DNA of 64,000 nt from Sphyrna mokarran (GCA_024679065.1 JAGIQG010000001.1:112344001-112408000), one strand, 5' to 3'. Counted from the stretch's first letter, positions 37,731-52,115 are shown. Notes: generated by a model from the sequence alone, not told the origin. A program made the numbers and translations.

Positions 37731-39480
37731 GAAATATTGTACTTGTAGTTAAGAGTGTTACAAATAATTAATACAAAGACTCTTTTCATTCTATACTGGA
37801 AGAGGGTTCTGTAGTACTGACCAGCTTTCACAAAAGTGCATGGCATTGATGTGTGAACTTTGGAAGTGAGCTGATAGTAAATGGCATCATAATCAAATCG
37901 ACTGCTGTGCTTCTTAATAGATAGGAATAAGGAATGGGTTGCCTTTTCCTCCCAAGGGGGGATAGTGAGTAAAATGTAGCAGTCATCATCATGTAACTTT
38001 GCTGTATGGTTCAGTTGCTCACTGAACAAACTCTAGTGACACCTTATCAAGCCCATACTGTTGAGATTGGCTGTGATATCCTGTTCTCCGTGAATATTTG
38101 AATAAATATATATATTAATTCTTCTACCCCACCTCCCCAGAAAGTATGATTTGAAAAAGAATATCAGTGTTCAAACTTTTCTACATCTGCTATTATTTAT
38201 TTTGGAAAGACAGTGTGTTTTGGTGAGACTGTGTATTTTTAAAATGTGGCAGATTAAATTTGGGCACCATTTGTAAATGTCCATTTTCTAATCCAGTAAG
38301 CAGGCTCTACTTCACCATTCCAAAGTTCTAGTTTATATCGAGTAAATGACTCAGAGCTTGTCAAGGGGAGCACAACCTTGGTTAGGAGGTAATTTAATAG
38401 TTTACTTACAAAGATAGCCTGGAATGCACTGGATCAAGGGAGATTCAATCTTGTTTCTCAGGTGCAATGATACAAACTATATTTCTCAAAATAATGGTTC
38501 AGTAGATTCGGCAGAATATTGATTTTGTAAATTACTGCAATTAACCTCAAAGAAGAAACATACGAGCATCAGATTCTTGATGCTTTCCTTTGTAATGTGA
38601 AATAATTATGTCAGATTAACTACAAATGCTCCAATGATCCAGTGGCTTTGAGAATGTTTTAAACATATCAACAACTAGGCACATAAAGCAGTTTCTTTCA
38701 ACCAAGATGTTAACTATAAATCCTCCATTTTGGTTTCCATATAATGGACAAATAATCCAAATAATGTGGAGATTACTGGCCAAGGAAGGACGGGTCACAG
38801 TAGTCATGCATTGTCAATTATGTGTGGATTGGGGGTTGGTTCTGAAGTGATTTTGGTCAGGTAAGGGGGAAGGAATTCTGGGACAGAGAAGATACAATGT
38901 TTCCTTATGAAACCTGCAGGAACAGTCTGGCTCCCACAAGGAGATCTTTAAAGGCTCAAACAATGAAACTTCCTATGCCCTCTCCAGGTCACAATCCTTT
39001 GCATTATTTAATTGGAGAGTTCCAGGCCACATGAGTCTTTATCAGACTGGAGTTAAAATAGTTTTTGTGTCAGTAGTGTAACACAATCTTGGCACAAGGC
39101 TGAATTTTTACCTCAACTTCTTCAGTATATTGCAACTGCGGAGGGATGATGGATCGGTGGGAATGGGGTGGGGGGTAGTCGTTGTCCACTAGAAACACAA
39201 ATATATCTACAGAAACAGAGAATAAGAAGTTGCAAAACATTCTGAGATATTTTTAACTTCTATATTGGTGGAACCTTATCCCTTCAAGAATAGCCATGAG
39301 GTGGGACCATTTCCAGGATCCAATTCTGCTCACCAACTAAGACACCACCCTCTGAGTACTCTTCAATTAAGGATGATGGGCAAGGCTCTTAGATTTCAGG
39401 TTTTGACAGAGGGCCAGCAGCTTTGGAAAGAGTACAATCCTATCGGTTGAGATGGGGGCTTGACACTGCAAGACAAGAAA

Positions 39481-40670
39481 CCATAAAATCTTTGCAGCGT
39501 AGAAGGAGGCCATTCAGCGCATTGAGCCTACACCATCTCCTTGAACAGAGCATCTTACCCAGGCCCATGACCCACTGTCCTATCCCCGTAATGCTGCCAA
39601 TTTATCATGGTTAATTTAACTAACCTACACATTAACATAGAACACTACAGCACAAACAGGCCCTTCAGCCAACAAGTTGCACCGATCATACCCATACCTA
39701 CTAGGACATAGAACTATCTGTAACTCCCAATTCCATTTAATCCCATGTACTCATGCAGAAGTCTTTTAAAAGACCCCAGCAAGTTCACCTCCACTACCAC
39801 CGACAGCAGCCAATTCCATTCACTCACCATCTTCTGAGTGAAAAACTTACCCCTAACATCTCCTCTGTCCAGCACCTTAAACCTGTGTCCTCTCATAGTG
39901 ACCATTTCTGGGAAATAGCCTCTGAGAATCCACCCTATCTATTCCTTTCAATATTTTATAAACCTCTATCACGTCGCCTCTCAACCTTCGTCTCTCCAGG
40001 GAGAAGAGACCTAGCTCCCTCAACCTATCTTCATGGGGCATGCCTCCCAATCCAAGCAACATCCTTGTAAATCTCCTCTGCACCCTCTAAATAGCTTCCA
40101 CATCCTTCCTGTAGTGAGGCAACCAGAACTGCGCACAGTACTCCAACTGGGGTTTGACAAGGGTCTTATAAAGTTGCAGAATTATCTCCCGACTCCGAAA
40201 CTCAATCCCTCGATTAATGAAGGCCAGTACACCACTCGTCTTCTTGACCACATCCTCCAACTGCGAGGCCGAGTTAAGAGTCCTTTGGACCCGGACCTGG
40301 ACCCCAAGATCCTTCTGCTCCTCAACACTGCTAAGACTCCTACCCTTGATATTGTACTCCTTCATCCCTTTGGTCCTGCCAAAATGGACCACTACACATT
40401 TATCTGCGTTGAAGTCCATCTGCCACTTCTCCGCCCATTCTTGCATCCTATCTATGTCTTGCTGCAACTTCTGACATCTGACATTAAGGAGCAATTTAGA
40501 ATGACAAGCCACCTAACAACCACATCTTGGACTGTGGGACGAAGCTGGAGGAAGAGGAAACTCATACAAACATAGGAGAACATGCAAACTCCACACAGTC
40601 ATCTAAGGACAGAATTGAACCTGGATCCCTGGCACTGTGAGGCAACAGTGCTAACCATTATGCCATTATC
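39481..40670 (-). mobile_element. HE1-type V-SINE split by a CR1 insertion
   Basis: SINE tail 39481-39633 and SINE body/head 40478-40670 (gagaacatgcaaactccacacagtc...ccctggcactgtgaggcaacagtgctaacca) flank the CR1. Confidence 0.75.
39634..40475 (-). mobile_element. 5'-truncated CR1 LINE, relatively young
   Basis: ORFs 40087-40512 (LQQDIDRMQEWAEKWQMDFNADKC...LYKTLVKPQLEYCAQFWLPHYRKD) and 39877-40083 (QRRFTRML...RRRLRGD). Confidence 0.92.
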
Positions 40671-41331
40671 TAAGTGTGCCTCCATCTTGATGTACATCCT
40701 GAGGTGGTCTCAATTTGAATCTGTGGCCACAGTTGCCAGGTGCCTCTTCCTACAGGTACATATAGGAAGTCCTGCAGGTTCCCAGTCCAGCTGCCTTCAG
40801 GCACCTGCTGGGCTTTGGCTTCAGCTGGGAGGCCTTTCCTGGAGGCAACCTCAATTTGTCCAGAACTGGCACTTAATTATTCCAACTGACCATCTGCCTC
40901 TGCTAGATGAGCAGCCATTGCTAGTGGTGAACTGCCTGCAGCAAGATCACAAGGAAACAGGAACGTGTCAGTCCACTGACTCAACACGCATATTTTAGAA
41001 TCTCCTCCCAATCCCGCTTTCAAGCTCATCTTTGTGGAGGCAGGGAATTCTCACCTCACATCAGGTGATACATATGGTTAAAATATGTAACGTAAATGTC
41101 TATCTTGACATCAAATGTGATGACTTCTGAAGTAAAGATAATTGTTCAATCCAAGTCATTGTTTGCTTTGAATCTTACTCTTACAGTTACGATTATGCAA
41201 ATAGGTCACACAATCACTTCAGGTTGTCCCATAGATGAGGAATTGGGTAGGACAATGCACTTATGAATATACAACAGGAAAATGGCCATTGCAATTTCCC
41301 TAATAATGTAAATTGATTGATTTAAACAAAC

Positions 41332-41478
41332 CTTGTAAAGAGCATCAACCTTCATTGTGAAACCATCCACTCCAGGCACATCCCTCATTGTGTGAAACTC
41401 AGGTGCATCAGATGCAAACTGAGCATCAAATGGTACATCATGAAAGTACTTGTCAGTTACTTCTGGTTGGTTCCGATC
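41332..41478 (-). CDS. FRAS1: FRAS1 penultimate coding exon
   Basis: ttttaaag|GAT CGG AAC...TAC AAG|gtttgt; 147 nt, phase 0 to 0; DRNQPEVTDKYFHDVPFDAQFASDAPEFHTMRDVPGVDGFTMKVDALYK. Confidence 0.96.
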
Positions 41479-41764
41479 CTTTAAAAGAGCCAATATTAAT
41501 ATTCAACAAAACCAGCATTCAGAAGGAAATCTATAACAAGCAACACAGTTGTAATCAGCCTGTGTAATCATTACCAAATCATCAGTAGGATTCAGGAAAA
41601 ATCTTATAACAGAATTGCACAAGTTATAGTCGTTTTCCAGATTCATAGAACTCCTTAATCATTATTAAATCAAAGGTAATTTTCAGGAGCAGTCTATAAC
41701 AGGACATCTTTATTAGAAACGAACAAATGTGGCAGACTGAGTGGAAGGCTGAAAAGTAGAGTAT

Positions 41765-41990
41765 GGACTTACTAGAAGATATTCCTCTTTCATATACCTG
41801 TGGAAGCAACATTTCCAATCCACAGAGTGTTTATAAGGAGCCCCAGAGACAGACTGATGAGTATATAATCATCATGCCACACAGAATGACCAAAACTTTT
41901 GGTGTTTTGAAGTCCAAGATGGCAATGACCAGAAAAGTAACTGGAGGCTTTGGATTTCACCACATGTTCTGGTGCAAGGTCCAGCAAGAA
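41765..41990 (+). mobile_element. Harbinger transposase C-terminal fragment
   Basis: KTFGVLKSK...KVTGG, resembling the IERTFGVLKSRWRCL.K.GG motif. Confidence 0.5.
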
Positions 41991-42225
41991 ATGGCAAATG
42001 AGATTCTCAGTAATCACAGCACATCTAATTAGCCTTCAGCCTTTTACTCGTTTGCAGTAATATAAATGGCAAAACATCAGACTAGGGGATGGATGACAGC
42101 TGATCATTTTTATATAGGTTTTGTCAGTTTACCTTAAACTTTAAGACTATTAACATATCACAATTTAAAAACTGGAAAAGTTTCCTCCATTTACTTTTTA
42201 TAAGCATTTTTTAAAAAAAACGTAC

Positions 42226-42431
42226 CAAAAGAAGGAACCTATGTTTCAAATGTTTGTTAGGTTGGATGCAGCCATATTGTGGGCCCTCATTATAAATAGT
42301 TCCAGTGGGATCAAAGAAAGGGACATAACCATCTTTCCCAGTGCAGAGATACACCTTCTCTAATTGTAACCTATAGGCAGAGTTGAGGTTTTGTTCAGGA
42401 TTCCAGAGCACACGTCCATACAGTCTCTGAC
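42226..42431 (-). CDS. FRAS1: FRAS1 coding exon
   Basis: taatag|GT CAG AGA CTG TAT...CTT TTG|gtacgt; 206 nt, phase 1 to 0; GQRLYGRVLWNPEQNLNSAYRLQLEKVYLCTGKDGYVPFFDPTGTIYNEGPQYGCIQPNKHLKHRFLLL. Confidence 0.96.
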
Positions 42432-43934
42432 CTATTAAAACAAAAAGGTATGTGAATCATCATCTCCTGGACAATATTTTATCATGCGATTTTGACACAC
42501 GTCCTATGGTAATTGACCATGTCTTGCTATTAAAAGCACAAACAAAATCACCATGTGTTTATATCTATTCAGCAGTAGAAATTATTTGATTAAGCATAGT
42601 TCTCTCTGGAAATTTTTTTTTCTAATTATTCTTTTATTTGTACTATTGTGACTAATATGTCAGATGCAAAGTTAAAGAGGACAACCTGAAAAGGGACTGA
42701 ACAAGAATCAGTATTTTTTTTTTAATCCCTGTGCCAAGGCAGCGTAAAGGAAAAAGCTTTAATTATGGGCACTGCTGTGTAATCTTAAATAGAACTTTTA
42801 AATAGTATGGTTCAGAGCTGCTCCTCAAATTCTGCTATGTTGGGAATCAGATGAAGAAAAAATAATGAAAGACTGCAGTGAGTTGAATGACTTCTAAAAA
42901 TAAAACCGCGATGATTTATTTGTTTTGTTCTAGTTAAAGATTTATCTCAAAGTCTGCTTCAGTTGGAATCTTGAGAAAAATTGAGCTCTAGCTAAAAGGC
43001 TAGGATTCCTGGTTACTTTAAGTTATGGAAAGCTTGTTTACCATCAGCTGGACCATTGGGTAGAAAGACATGGTGCATATAAATTATTCTTTTGAAGCAA
43101 AAGTGTCTTGATAGCTGGCCAGAACCGAATCCCATGCCTTGAATTTAGTCAGTGACAATAGATTAGCCAACAGTTCAGAGAATCCAACTGCTCCAAGGAA
43201 GGGAGAAAACGTGAAATTGAGCAACTTCCAAATGGAGGAATTGTGGAAAAGTGAGATGTAGAAAAATAGGGGTCTGTATTTTCCCAATGACAAGACTCTC
43301 CACTGGGGTAAAAATTTCAGAAGAGGCCAGAATCTGGAAGTCTCACCCCTTAACATGATACCTACCAATTTTACGAGAGCAGGAATGAGCTTGGTTCTGG
43401 ATTTGCTCATGTACATTTTACGGAAGTAACTGCTCATAAGAATCAGCAGCTGCCTTCACTTGGATGATTTTGCAAGAAACCTAACACGTACAGATTAGAC
43501 TTGGTAGTGCAAGTCTGAACTTTGTGGAGTAATTTGGAATACAAGGGTAACTTTTGGGATAACTCATTGGAATTGGGAAGCTCATTGGAATTGCCAAAAT
43601 AATTGTCGACATGTCAAGGGGAGCAATAATGTTGTCAAGGCATTAAAAATTCCTGTCCTTTAAATCTTTGAAAAAACTATGAGCCTTGGGAGTTCCCTGG
43701 GAAGTGTGTAAATTGTTGATGATATTGATGTATTTGTTTTATCCTACAGATACTTTGGTCCGCCTTTTTGTCTAACAAGGGGCATACACATGATGGATGG
43801 TGAGAGGGCTGCTCTTGGATTTTGAGAGTATCCTAGTGCTTCACGTCGTTAGTGTACATTTGATCTGGACCATTTGATGGGCAACATAACAGCTCAATGA
43901 CTATCACAGTGCTGTGCAGATACATGGATTTGGG

Positions 43935-44480
43935 CCTGTGTCTGTGGGAGTTTGCGCATTCTCCCTGTGCTTGCATGGATTTTCTCTGGGTGCTCCGGTT
44001 TCCTCCCACATCCCAAAGATGTGCTCTTAGGCTGACTGGCAGAACAAACTCTCCCTAAATTGTCTCAAATTTGGTTTCAATGCATAGATCTATAAACATA
44101 GACAGGCATCACGGGTAGAAGTGGGAACATTGAGGTGGCAATGTGGGCTCGTTGGGCCGAACGGCCTGTCATGTTTTGTTCTTTGTATCTGGAGTATTTA
44201 AAAAAAGACTGCTTGCTATTTCACTCTATTGACATAAACCTTCAGGTTACCATTACTAAATTAGTACTGCATGACTGATTTCACAACTGTTCATTATCAT
44301 AATAAGGTGCCTGCTATTTTAGTTTGATGACCACATCCAAGTATCCAAAAATGTGCGGGTTAGCCATGCTAAATTGCCCCTTAGTCTCAGAGGGACTAGG
44401 TAGGGTAAATGCATAGGGTCACGGGAAAGGGTCTGGATGGTATTGTGGTTGGTGCAGACTCGATGGGCCGAATAGTTTGG
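43935..44480 (+). mobile_element. Two V-SINE fragments (about 43935-44180 and 44340-44480)
   Basis: gtctgtgggagtttgcgcattctccctgtgcttgcatggattttctctgggtgctccggtttcctcccacatcccaaagatgtg; gccatgctaaattgccccttagt...ggtgcagactcgatgggccgaatag. Confidence 0.75.
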
Positions 44481-45389
44481 TGGTGTGTGGGAAAACATTG
44501 GGTGCTATAAAGGCCGTGGGGTGGGGGGGGGAATGGTGCTGGAGACACAGGTTGACATGGAGGGTATAGGAAGCCATGTGGTGAGTGGGGTGTATGAGAT
44601 TGGCATGGGTGGAACATGGGAAATGTGTGGAATTGTGAGGGACTAGATAGGGAGGTGTGAGGGCTGTTTTCCACTTTTGGTGCTTTTTAGAACTTCACTG
44701 TACCACTGCACAGAGGCAGGCCTTTCATCCAACCTGCTTCTACAACTGGCATCCTCCATACTCTTTCCATTGTCATCCAGCCTGATTCCCAGGGAATCCC
44801 ACCACCCTTGAAATAAGAATAGTTTTGAGTTATTTTCTATGGGTTGGGTTTGCAGTGCTGGGAAATGCTCCAGCTCTGTGCTCCCAACCAAGAAGTAAAA
44901 ATTCTAATGTTACAAAACCATTTCAGTATCCCCTTGCTACTCACCTGAAACAAGGAATAATTTCAATCACTCATAATTTTAAAAAAAAGGAAAATATAAA
45001 TGATAATCCATAAATGCACCTCATTCCAAATTACTTAAGGCACAAGAAGGTTAGATATTTATTTAATGCTAGAAAATGTACTGTGATATTTGTAACATCA
45101 GAGTTACCTTTCATACGGATACTGGATCTCAGACATCCCCCAAAAAATGACATGCACCTTTACCTGATAAATAACTAAGTAACTTGCAGTGATCCACTGG
45201 TGAAAGAGAATAGCTTTCTGTCACTGTATTTCAGCAACTGATTTTATCACATCCTTAAAATAATCTTCCTTGGTTTTGGAAAATATTCAAATCAATGTGT
45301 CTTTGGTAAAAAAAAATTGTCAAATATATGTATGAAACAGAAAATTGTAGGTGAATAGGAGCAGTAACACATCTTAGATTCACTTATAG

Positions 45390-46575
45390 GCTTACTAATA
45401 CCTTTTTCTACTGGAGTTTTTTTGAGGATTTAACTAGTAAAATAGATAAGAGCGTACCAGTGGATGTGGTATATTTGGATTTTCATAAGGCTGTTGATAA
45501 GATACCTTAAAAGAGACTAGTGAGTGAAATTATAGCACATGGAATGGGGGTAATGTATTACAATGGATCAAGAATTGTTTGACAGATGGCAAACCGAGTG
45601 GGGATAAATGGATCTTTTTTTCAGTGACAGGCAGTAACTAGGGATCAGAGTGGGCTCCAATTGTTCACTATATATATATATGAATGACCTGGAAGAGGGG
45701 ACTGAATGTAATATTTCCAAGTTCGCTGCCGACACAAGTCTGAGTGGGATTGAGTGGTGAGGCGGATGCAAGGAGGCTTAAATGTGATTTAGACATGTTG
45801 AATGAATGGGAAAACACTTGGCAGATGTAGCATAACATGGCTAAATGTGAAGTTACACATTACAGTGTGAAAAACAGAAAGGAAGAGTATTATTTTAATA
45901 GTGATATATTGGGCAGTATGGATGTACAAAGGGATCTGGATGCCCTTGTGCATCAATTAATTAAAAAGAGGCAGGTGCAGCATGCAATTAGGAAGGCAAT
46001 TGGTATGTTAACCTTCAATACAAGAGAATTTCAGTCCAGAAATAGGGATGTCAAACTACAGTTATACAGGGTCTTGATAAGACCAGACCTGGGGTAGCGT
46101 GTGCAGTTTTGGTCACCCTATCCAAGAAAGGATGTACTTAACATTCAGAGAGTGAAGTAGGGGTTCACTAGGCTGATATCAAGGTTGACAGGACTGTCTT
46201 ATGGGGTGGGCTTGGTTCTACGGGGCTTGTATTCACTGCAATTTAGGAGGAGAGGGAGGATGTTTTCCCAACCTAGACAATCTAAAACTATGAGATAGTT
46301 TCAGGATATGGGGTAAACAAAGCAGAACTGAGATGAGGAAAATTTTATTCATTCAAAATCATAGTTAACTTATGGAAATCTCTATCACAGGTTCAAGAGA
46401 AGGCCAAATCACCAAATGTATTCAAGAAAGATTTTTAGACCTTAATGGCATCAGAGAGTACGGGAAGAAAGTGGGACTATGGTATTGAGATACAGGATTA
46501 GCCATTATCGTACTGAATAGCAGAGCAGGCTCTAAGGGCTGGATTACTTACTGCTCTGAGTTTCTATGTTCTTTG
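45390..46575 (+). mobile_element. Decayed CR1 LINE (RT to 3' tail)
   Basis: PVDVVYLDFHKAVDKIP, ISKFAADT, ORF 45837-46097 KCEVTH...VQRDLDALVH...LQLYRVLIRPDL; tail tttctatgttct. Confidence 0.9.
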
Positions 46576-47219
46576 GAAACAGAAAACCACAGTTACCTCT
46601 ATTATGTTGAATTACAATGCAATCTGAACCTGCCATAAATGTACCTGAACATTAACATTGTGTGGTAGCTCATTGTTGAACATCCACATGGTTGGTTTGG
46701 CTGATAAATCTTTCTGTAGTGTTTTCTGTTCTTAGGCTAAGTTATGGCAGAGATCTTGACGCCTTGTGCCTGGCATAAAATTGGATAATTGCTCCTAGAA
46801 AACGGCTTCGTATGAATTTCTGCTTTGTTCCTGCCACTGATGGGTAATATCACCTCATCATTTGGTTGTTTCCTTTTACGGTTACAAATAAGGGTCATTT
46901 GATGTAAGTAGGACTTTAAACACTATGTTAGAATAGCATGGAATAAAACAGATGGCTTACACACTCCATAGAAGCTGTGGCCAAATCGAAGTGGAACACA
47001 GAAAGACTATTTTAATTCAGTTGCCAGCAATGCACCTGCCAGAACTCCAGGATCCATGAGGGACAAAAGATGAGTGTGGACAGGATATGGTGAAGGGTGA
47101 GGGGACTTCACTGGAACTTGGGAGGGTGCAGATGCAGAGACAGAGGGAATGGCTTCAACTACCTCTTAGGTCCCTTGATCAGGTATTGACTATCTTTGAA
47201 TGAGGAACATCCCATGGTT

Positions 47220-47552
47220 CTCATAGAATCCCTACAGTCCATCCAGTCTACCAAGTCTGCACTGATTCACCAAAACAGCATCCTATGCAGAGCTTCCCCT
47301 CAGCGCTATCCTTGTGATCCCATGCATTTAGTATAGCTGTTTCACCTAATCCTACACATCTTTGGACACTAAAGGGACAATTTAGCATGGCCAATCCACC
47401 TACCTGCACATCTTTGGACTATGGGCAATGAGGGGAACCAGAGTACTTGGAGGAAACAGTCAGTCACGGGGAGAATGTGCAAACTCCAAAAATCATCCTA
47501 AGCCATAAACAAATTTGCGTCCCTGGCACTGAAGCAGCAGTGCTAACCAGGT
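47220..47552 (-). mobile_element. HE1-type V-SINE
   Basis: catagaatccctacagt...gggacaatttagcatggccaatccacc...gggagaatgtgcaaactcc...ccctggcactgaagcagcagtgctaacca. Confidence 0.8.
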
Positions 47553-48254
47553 TTTGAATTCACTTAAGGCTCTGAATGGATGGTCAGGTGGTACTTGAGC
47601 AACAGCATTGATGAAACAGCCCTGTCACTTGTTCAGACATTTGCAGCCTCCAGTTGAGCGACTGGCATTGCAGGTAGCTTGGAGGCTAAAGTTGGATCAG
47701 TATGAGTCACCAAGCATGAGTTGCTGCAGCCAGGCCAGCAGGAAAGGAGAGACAGCGAAATCCTACTTGGAGGGCCTTTGGTTTCCATAGAATCTTCTCC
47801 AACCAAATTTTATGGTCATACACATTCTCCTTTCTCAAGGGGTAATAATTACATCATGGCTTCAGGCAATCTGGAAAGCCAAAATGACTTCAAGTAATTG
47901 GAGTCCAACGTGGGAAGGTTGGGGGGGATGTTGCTGCTGAGCTGCTGATGCAAAATACTAATTCTGTGTGGGTTTAGAACCAAGGCAACTCAGATTCAAA
48001 TGAGCATACTGTTCTTATTTTGGAAGGGAAAATTATTTTTGGAACTGGAGGGCTGTTGTTATTGCTAAGTTATCAGTAAGCTTTTATTTTCTTAAAATAT
48101 GCTTCTTTTGTAAAGCATTTCACTTTCTGGAATCCATTGTGGGCTGAATGCATTTAATTGCAAACTCTGTGTTGGAGAATTATGTTTTGTTGGAATGGAA
48201 CTGTAGAGACCATTTTGCTGGAACGTGACAGTGGAAGCTCTGCAAAATGTGACT

Positions 48255-49220
48255 GTTGTCAGCTGTAGCTCAGTGAATTGCCCTCATGCGTCTGGGTCAA
48301 CAGATCATAGAACAGAATTTTACACTCCCCCACCGATGAGGTTTTAGTCGAACCTGCCTGTCCATACAGTGATTTTTATGCTGGGCCGGGCAAGCCCTTT
48401 CTTGCTCCAACCTACTCCCACTTAATTTTTAGGTTGGCAGGAGGATTGAACTTTCATGGGGAAAATGGAAAAAGTTAGTTTCAGGTATGAATGGGGGTGG
48501 AGCCCCCATGTAAAACCAAGCATCCACCTTTAAGATCCAGTGGCTCCAGACCTCCCAGACCCTCTCATCTTTCCCTGAGACCTTGATCATCCCTTTTGTA
48601 TCCCAATTCTTTCTCTATTCTCCCCGCCCTGTGACCCTTTGAACTGGGTCCAGACTTGGGGCTCTGATGTCCTCCCGAACTTCCAATTCTGTCAACAACA
48701 GTACTTATTGTTGCAGGGACTGGACAGCTGCCAGCCAAGAAGATCGGTTGGCAGATCTCTAAAGCAGGACTTCTTCCTGAAAAAAGGGTGGAAGTCCCAC
48801 TTGTAGCCACTTAAGACTCATTCAAGTGAATGGCTGTGGAGCACTCAATCTCTTCAGGGGGCCGGAAGTGAGACATTGCCAATTGAAAAACTTAGGCTAT
48901 GGGTTGAAGTCCTGCTCCAGACACATTAACACATAATCCAAGCTAATATTTCAATACAGTTTTGAGAGCGTGCAATTTTTCTGGTGCTGATTTTCAGATG
49001 AAATGTTAAACTCAGACCCCATCTGCCCTCACAGTTGACAAAGATCATCCCAGGAACTACTTTGAAAAAGAGCAGGAGGTACCCTTGCTAGTACTTATTC
49101 TTCAACTAACACTTAAAAACAGGTTATCATCATCACATTGCTGTTTATGGGAGCTTACTATGCACTAATTGGCTGCTATGCTTTGAATGTGGCAACAGTG
49201 ACTACATGCAAGGAAGTATA
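48255..49220 (+). mobile_element. Deu-domain SINE (SacSINE1/AmnSINE1-like) split by a Harbinger-type MITE (about 48310-48893)
   Basis: Head gtagctcagtg...tctgggtca at 48265-48300 resumes at ggctatgggttgaagtcctgctccagac (48895); Deu core ttttcagatgaaatgttaaac...ctactttgaaaaagagcagg...atcacattgctgtttatgggagctt...caacagtgactaca. Confidence 0.75.
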
Positions 49221-50763
49221 CTTAGTAAAGTGTGGGCCCAGTTCAAAGGGTCACAGGGCAGGGACAGTAGAGAAAGGATTGGAGGGGACACAAAAGGGAT
49301 AATCAAGGTCATGGGGAAGGAGGAGAAGACTTGGGAGGTCTGGAGGCTATTGGATCTTAAAGCTGCATGCTTGGTTTCAGATGGGGGCTCCACACCCCCA
49401 TTCATGCCTGAAAACTAACTTCTTTTTTCCATTTTCCCCATGCAAGTTCAGTCTTCCTGCCAATCTGAAAATTAAGTGGACCTTCCTGTGATGACAAAAT
49501 GCAAGTCTTTCTTTTTTTAAAAAAAACAAAAGTAGAAAATAATCAATTAGAAAGAAAAAAGTTTACAGGGAAAGATTGTTCACAAAAGCAGCACTCAAGA
49601 TATATAACAGTTGATGCTTATGGCAAATTTTATTTCAATGTTACTGAGAATTTTATGAACACATCCCTCTGCAATATGTGGACATCACGCTGTCATAAAA
49701 ATGCAGCTGAGTGGTCGCAATATGAATCCACCTCCTACCATGATTGGAAGAGTTCTACTCTCTGTCCAACTCTTTTATTGACACCATCAATTATCATAAG
49801 TGCAGTATTTTATTCATCCATTCATTTTATTTTTTGAGCTGCATTACTGCTCAGATTTTATGTGATGAAGGTTATTGAAGTGAGGGCTGGTTAGGATACC
49901 CATAGGCCTCCAACCCCTTCATTTTCTGCTCCTCTTAAAATTAATGGGCAGAATGAAAAAGCTACAGGCAAATAGTTTCCCAGCCAGATCTCCAGGCAAG
50001 GGATGCTCCTCTCCGAGGGTGCTCTATTAGAAAACCAACTCTCACATTCAGCTTCCGCCTGTATTACAAAATGTTGATATCAACATTTAGTTCCATTCCT
50101 TGCCAGAACCTAATGCTCATTTACATTGTCAATTCAAATGACAGAAAAAGAATAACAATCAAAAATTAGTGGGTGTTTTGCCTTATTCTAAATATCAAAG
50201 AATTATTGCTTTTTCAAAATTATTTCATACAAACTCTCAAAATGGAAGAAATGATTCCCTTGGTCCGGGGATTGGGGGAATAATTTTGACTTGTGGATAC
50301 AGCTCCCATCATATGAGGAGTGATGTTGTATTAACCATCAGTTATGCATCTTTTCTAATGTCACATGAAATTAAGTTATACGTGTCAAGTTTAAGCATGT
50401 TAAAAACGAGATTTGCACGAGTTATTTGCAGGTTTGATGAGATGATAGTACATTGATAGATCAACTGATTGACAGACATAGTTAGCCAATGTCCATTCAA
50501 AAAAAAAGTACTCAAAGAGATCATGCAAAAAACTTTATAACGCATTGAGCTCTCTATGTAGGGGAATGGGGAGGGTAATTCGAAACTTGACTAAAGCAGG
50601 TGCTAGCAAATCAATGTATTAGACAATAGATGTTGTTTGTAGAATAGGCAATTGATCCTTCAACCAGGTCACATAAACAATCAGAAATAATATATTTATA
50701 GCAATCAAATCTATTATAAAAAGGGTGGTCTGTATTTCATAATGAATTTAAAAAGTTGCATAC

Positions 50764-50930
50764 CCATTGAGAAGGCTCCTTTATAATCCATTTCAGCCAG
50801 GGACATCTCTGTTTCAGAAGGGTCCATCATAAAAACCTTCTCATTATTGCAAAGATGAAACTCTGTATTGAGAGAGTAGACAACTGGAACTGGGCGATTT
50901 GTTTGTTGAAAGGCAATAGGGACAAGGAAC
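50764..50930 (-). CDS. FRAS1: FRAS1 coding exon
   Basis: ttttccgtcaag|G TTC CTT...TCA ATG G|gtatgc; 167 nt, phase 2 to 1; FLVPIAFQQTNRPVPVVYSLNTEFHLCNNEKVFMMDPSETEMSLAEMDYKGAFSM. Confidence 0.95.
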
Positions 50931-52115
50931 CTTGACGGAAAAAAAAACAAAGTCAATGTGCTGATACCACCTCAGAAGACAGTTATATTGTATGTCCTCT
51001 GCAATAAGTGAAAGAGAACCACATTTACAAAGATAAATTTATTCAGAACTGGAAATTATATTGCAATTATTTCTTGATAAGTCTACTTTAGCTCTCATTT
51101 TTCACAATGGTTATTACACTGCCATTGAACACATACTGCTGTATTAATATATAAATTTTGGCTCTGAACTACTGCTGTAGATAATGGTTTATGAACAAGA
51201 ATCAATTTTAATTCTAAATGGGAATTGGAAATGCAGGGCTCAAAGTGTTCTAGTGCACCAGAAGTTGAAGTCCAGAAAAAGTGCCTAACCCCCTACTCTC
51301 TTCATTAGCAGTGGGTATGATGTCAACTCTACACTCTATGTAGCACTAACAACTACAAACATAGAAAACCCAAAAACAGGAGGGGAATCTACACATTTCG
51401 CCTTTACTGGGCAGAAACATGGTGGAAACAGAATTCATCTTAAAATTGCTGGTGGACTACTCCAAGCCTCTACATTGCCACAGAATCATAATAAATTCAA
51501 GACAAATAGATATATAACAGCTAAAGTGTGAATAATAACTTGTCAAATAAAGCCAGGTATTTAATTATTTTTCTGGACATTTGATAAATGCAATTTGCTC
51601 TGGCTGTTTTCATTCAGCTTTTTTTTGACATGACCCTGGCTTTCCCAAACTTAAATCTGGGTTTTTAAATTAAATATGGCCCTAGTGAAATTGCTGTATC
51701 CCATTGTATGTATTCTGAGGACACTTTTCCAGATGACACAAGCTATAAAGGTGATTTCTTTTCTCACCTGTAAAACATAGGACGGCATAATATTTGACAG
51801 TAGTGACAATATAATTGTTTTTTGTAATCTTAAATCCTGTAATTTTAATCTTTTCATTATCATTAGCATATTACTGATGGTTCAGTGATTACGAGATTGC
51901 AAAAGGAGATGTGAAGAAAATTGGAAATTTATCTCTGGTTTTGCTTCTGAACCCTTCAGATAGGTTACAGCTTACGACTCTAATTCTTTGTAGGTTTAAT
52001 GATAAAATGGCACAAAGCAATTTCCCATGAGAGAAAAAAATGGAAAAAGACTGGATTTTGCACATTTTATGCTGAAGTTGAAGAGATAATTGAGTAGTGG
52101 AATTATAATCCGTAC

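Noticed and set aside
40033-40575. 180-aa plus-strand ORF
   Set aside because: Antisense to CR1 ORF2
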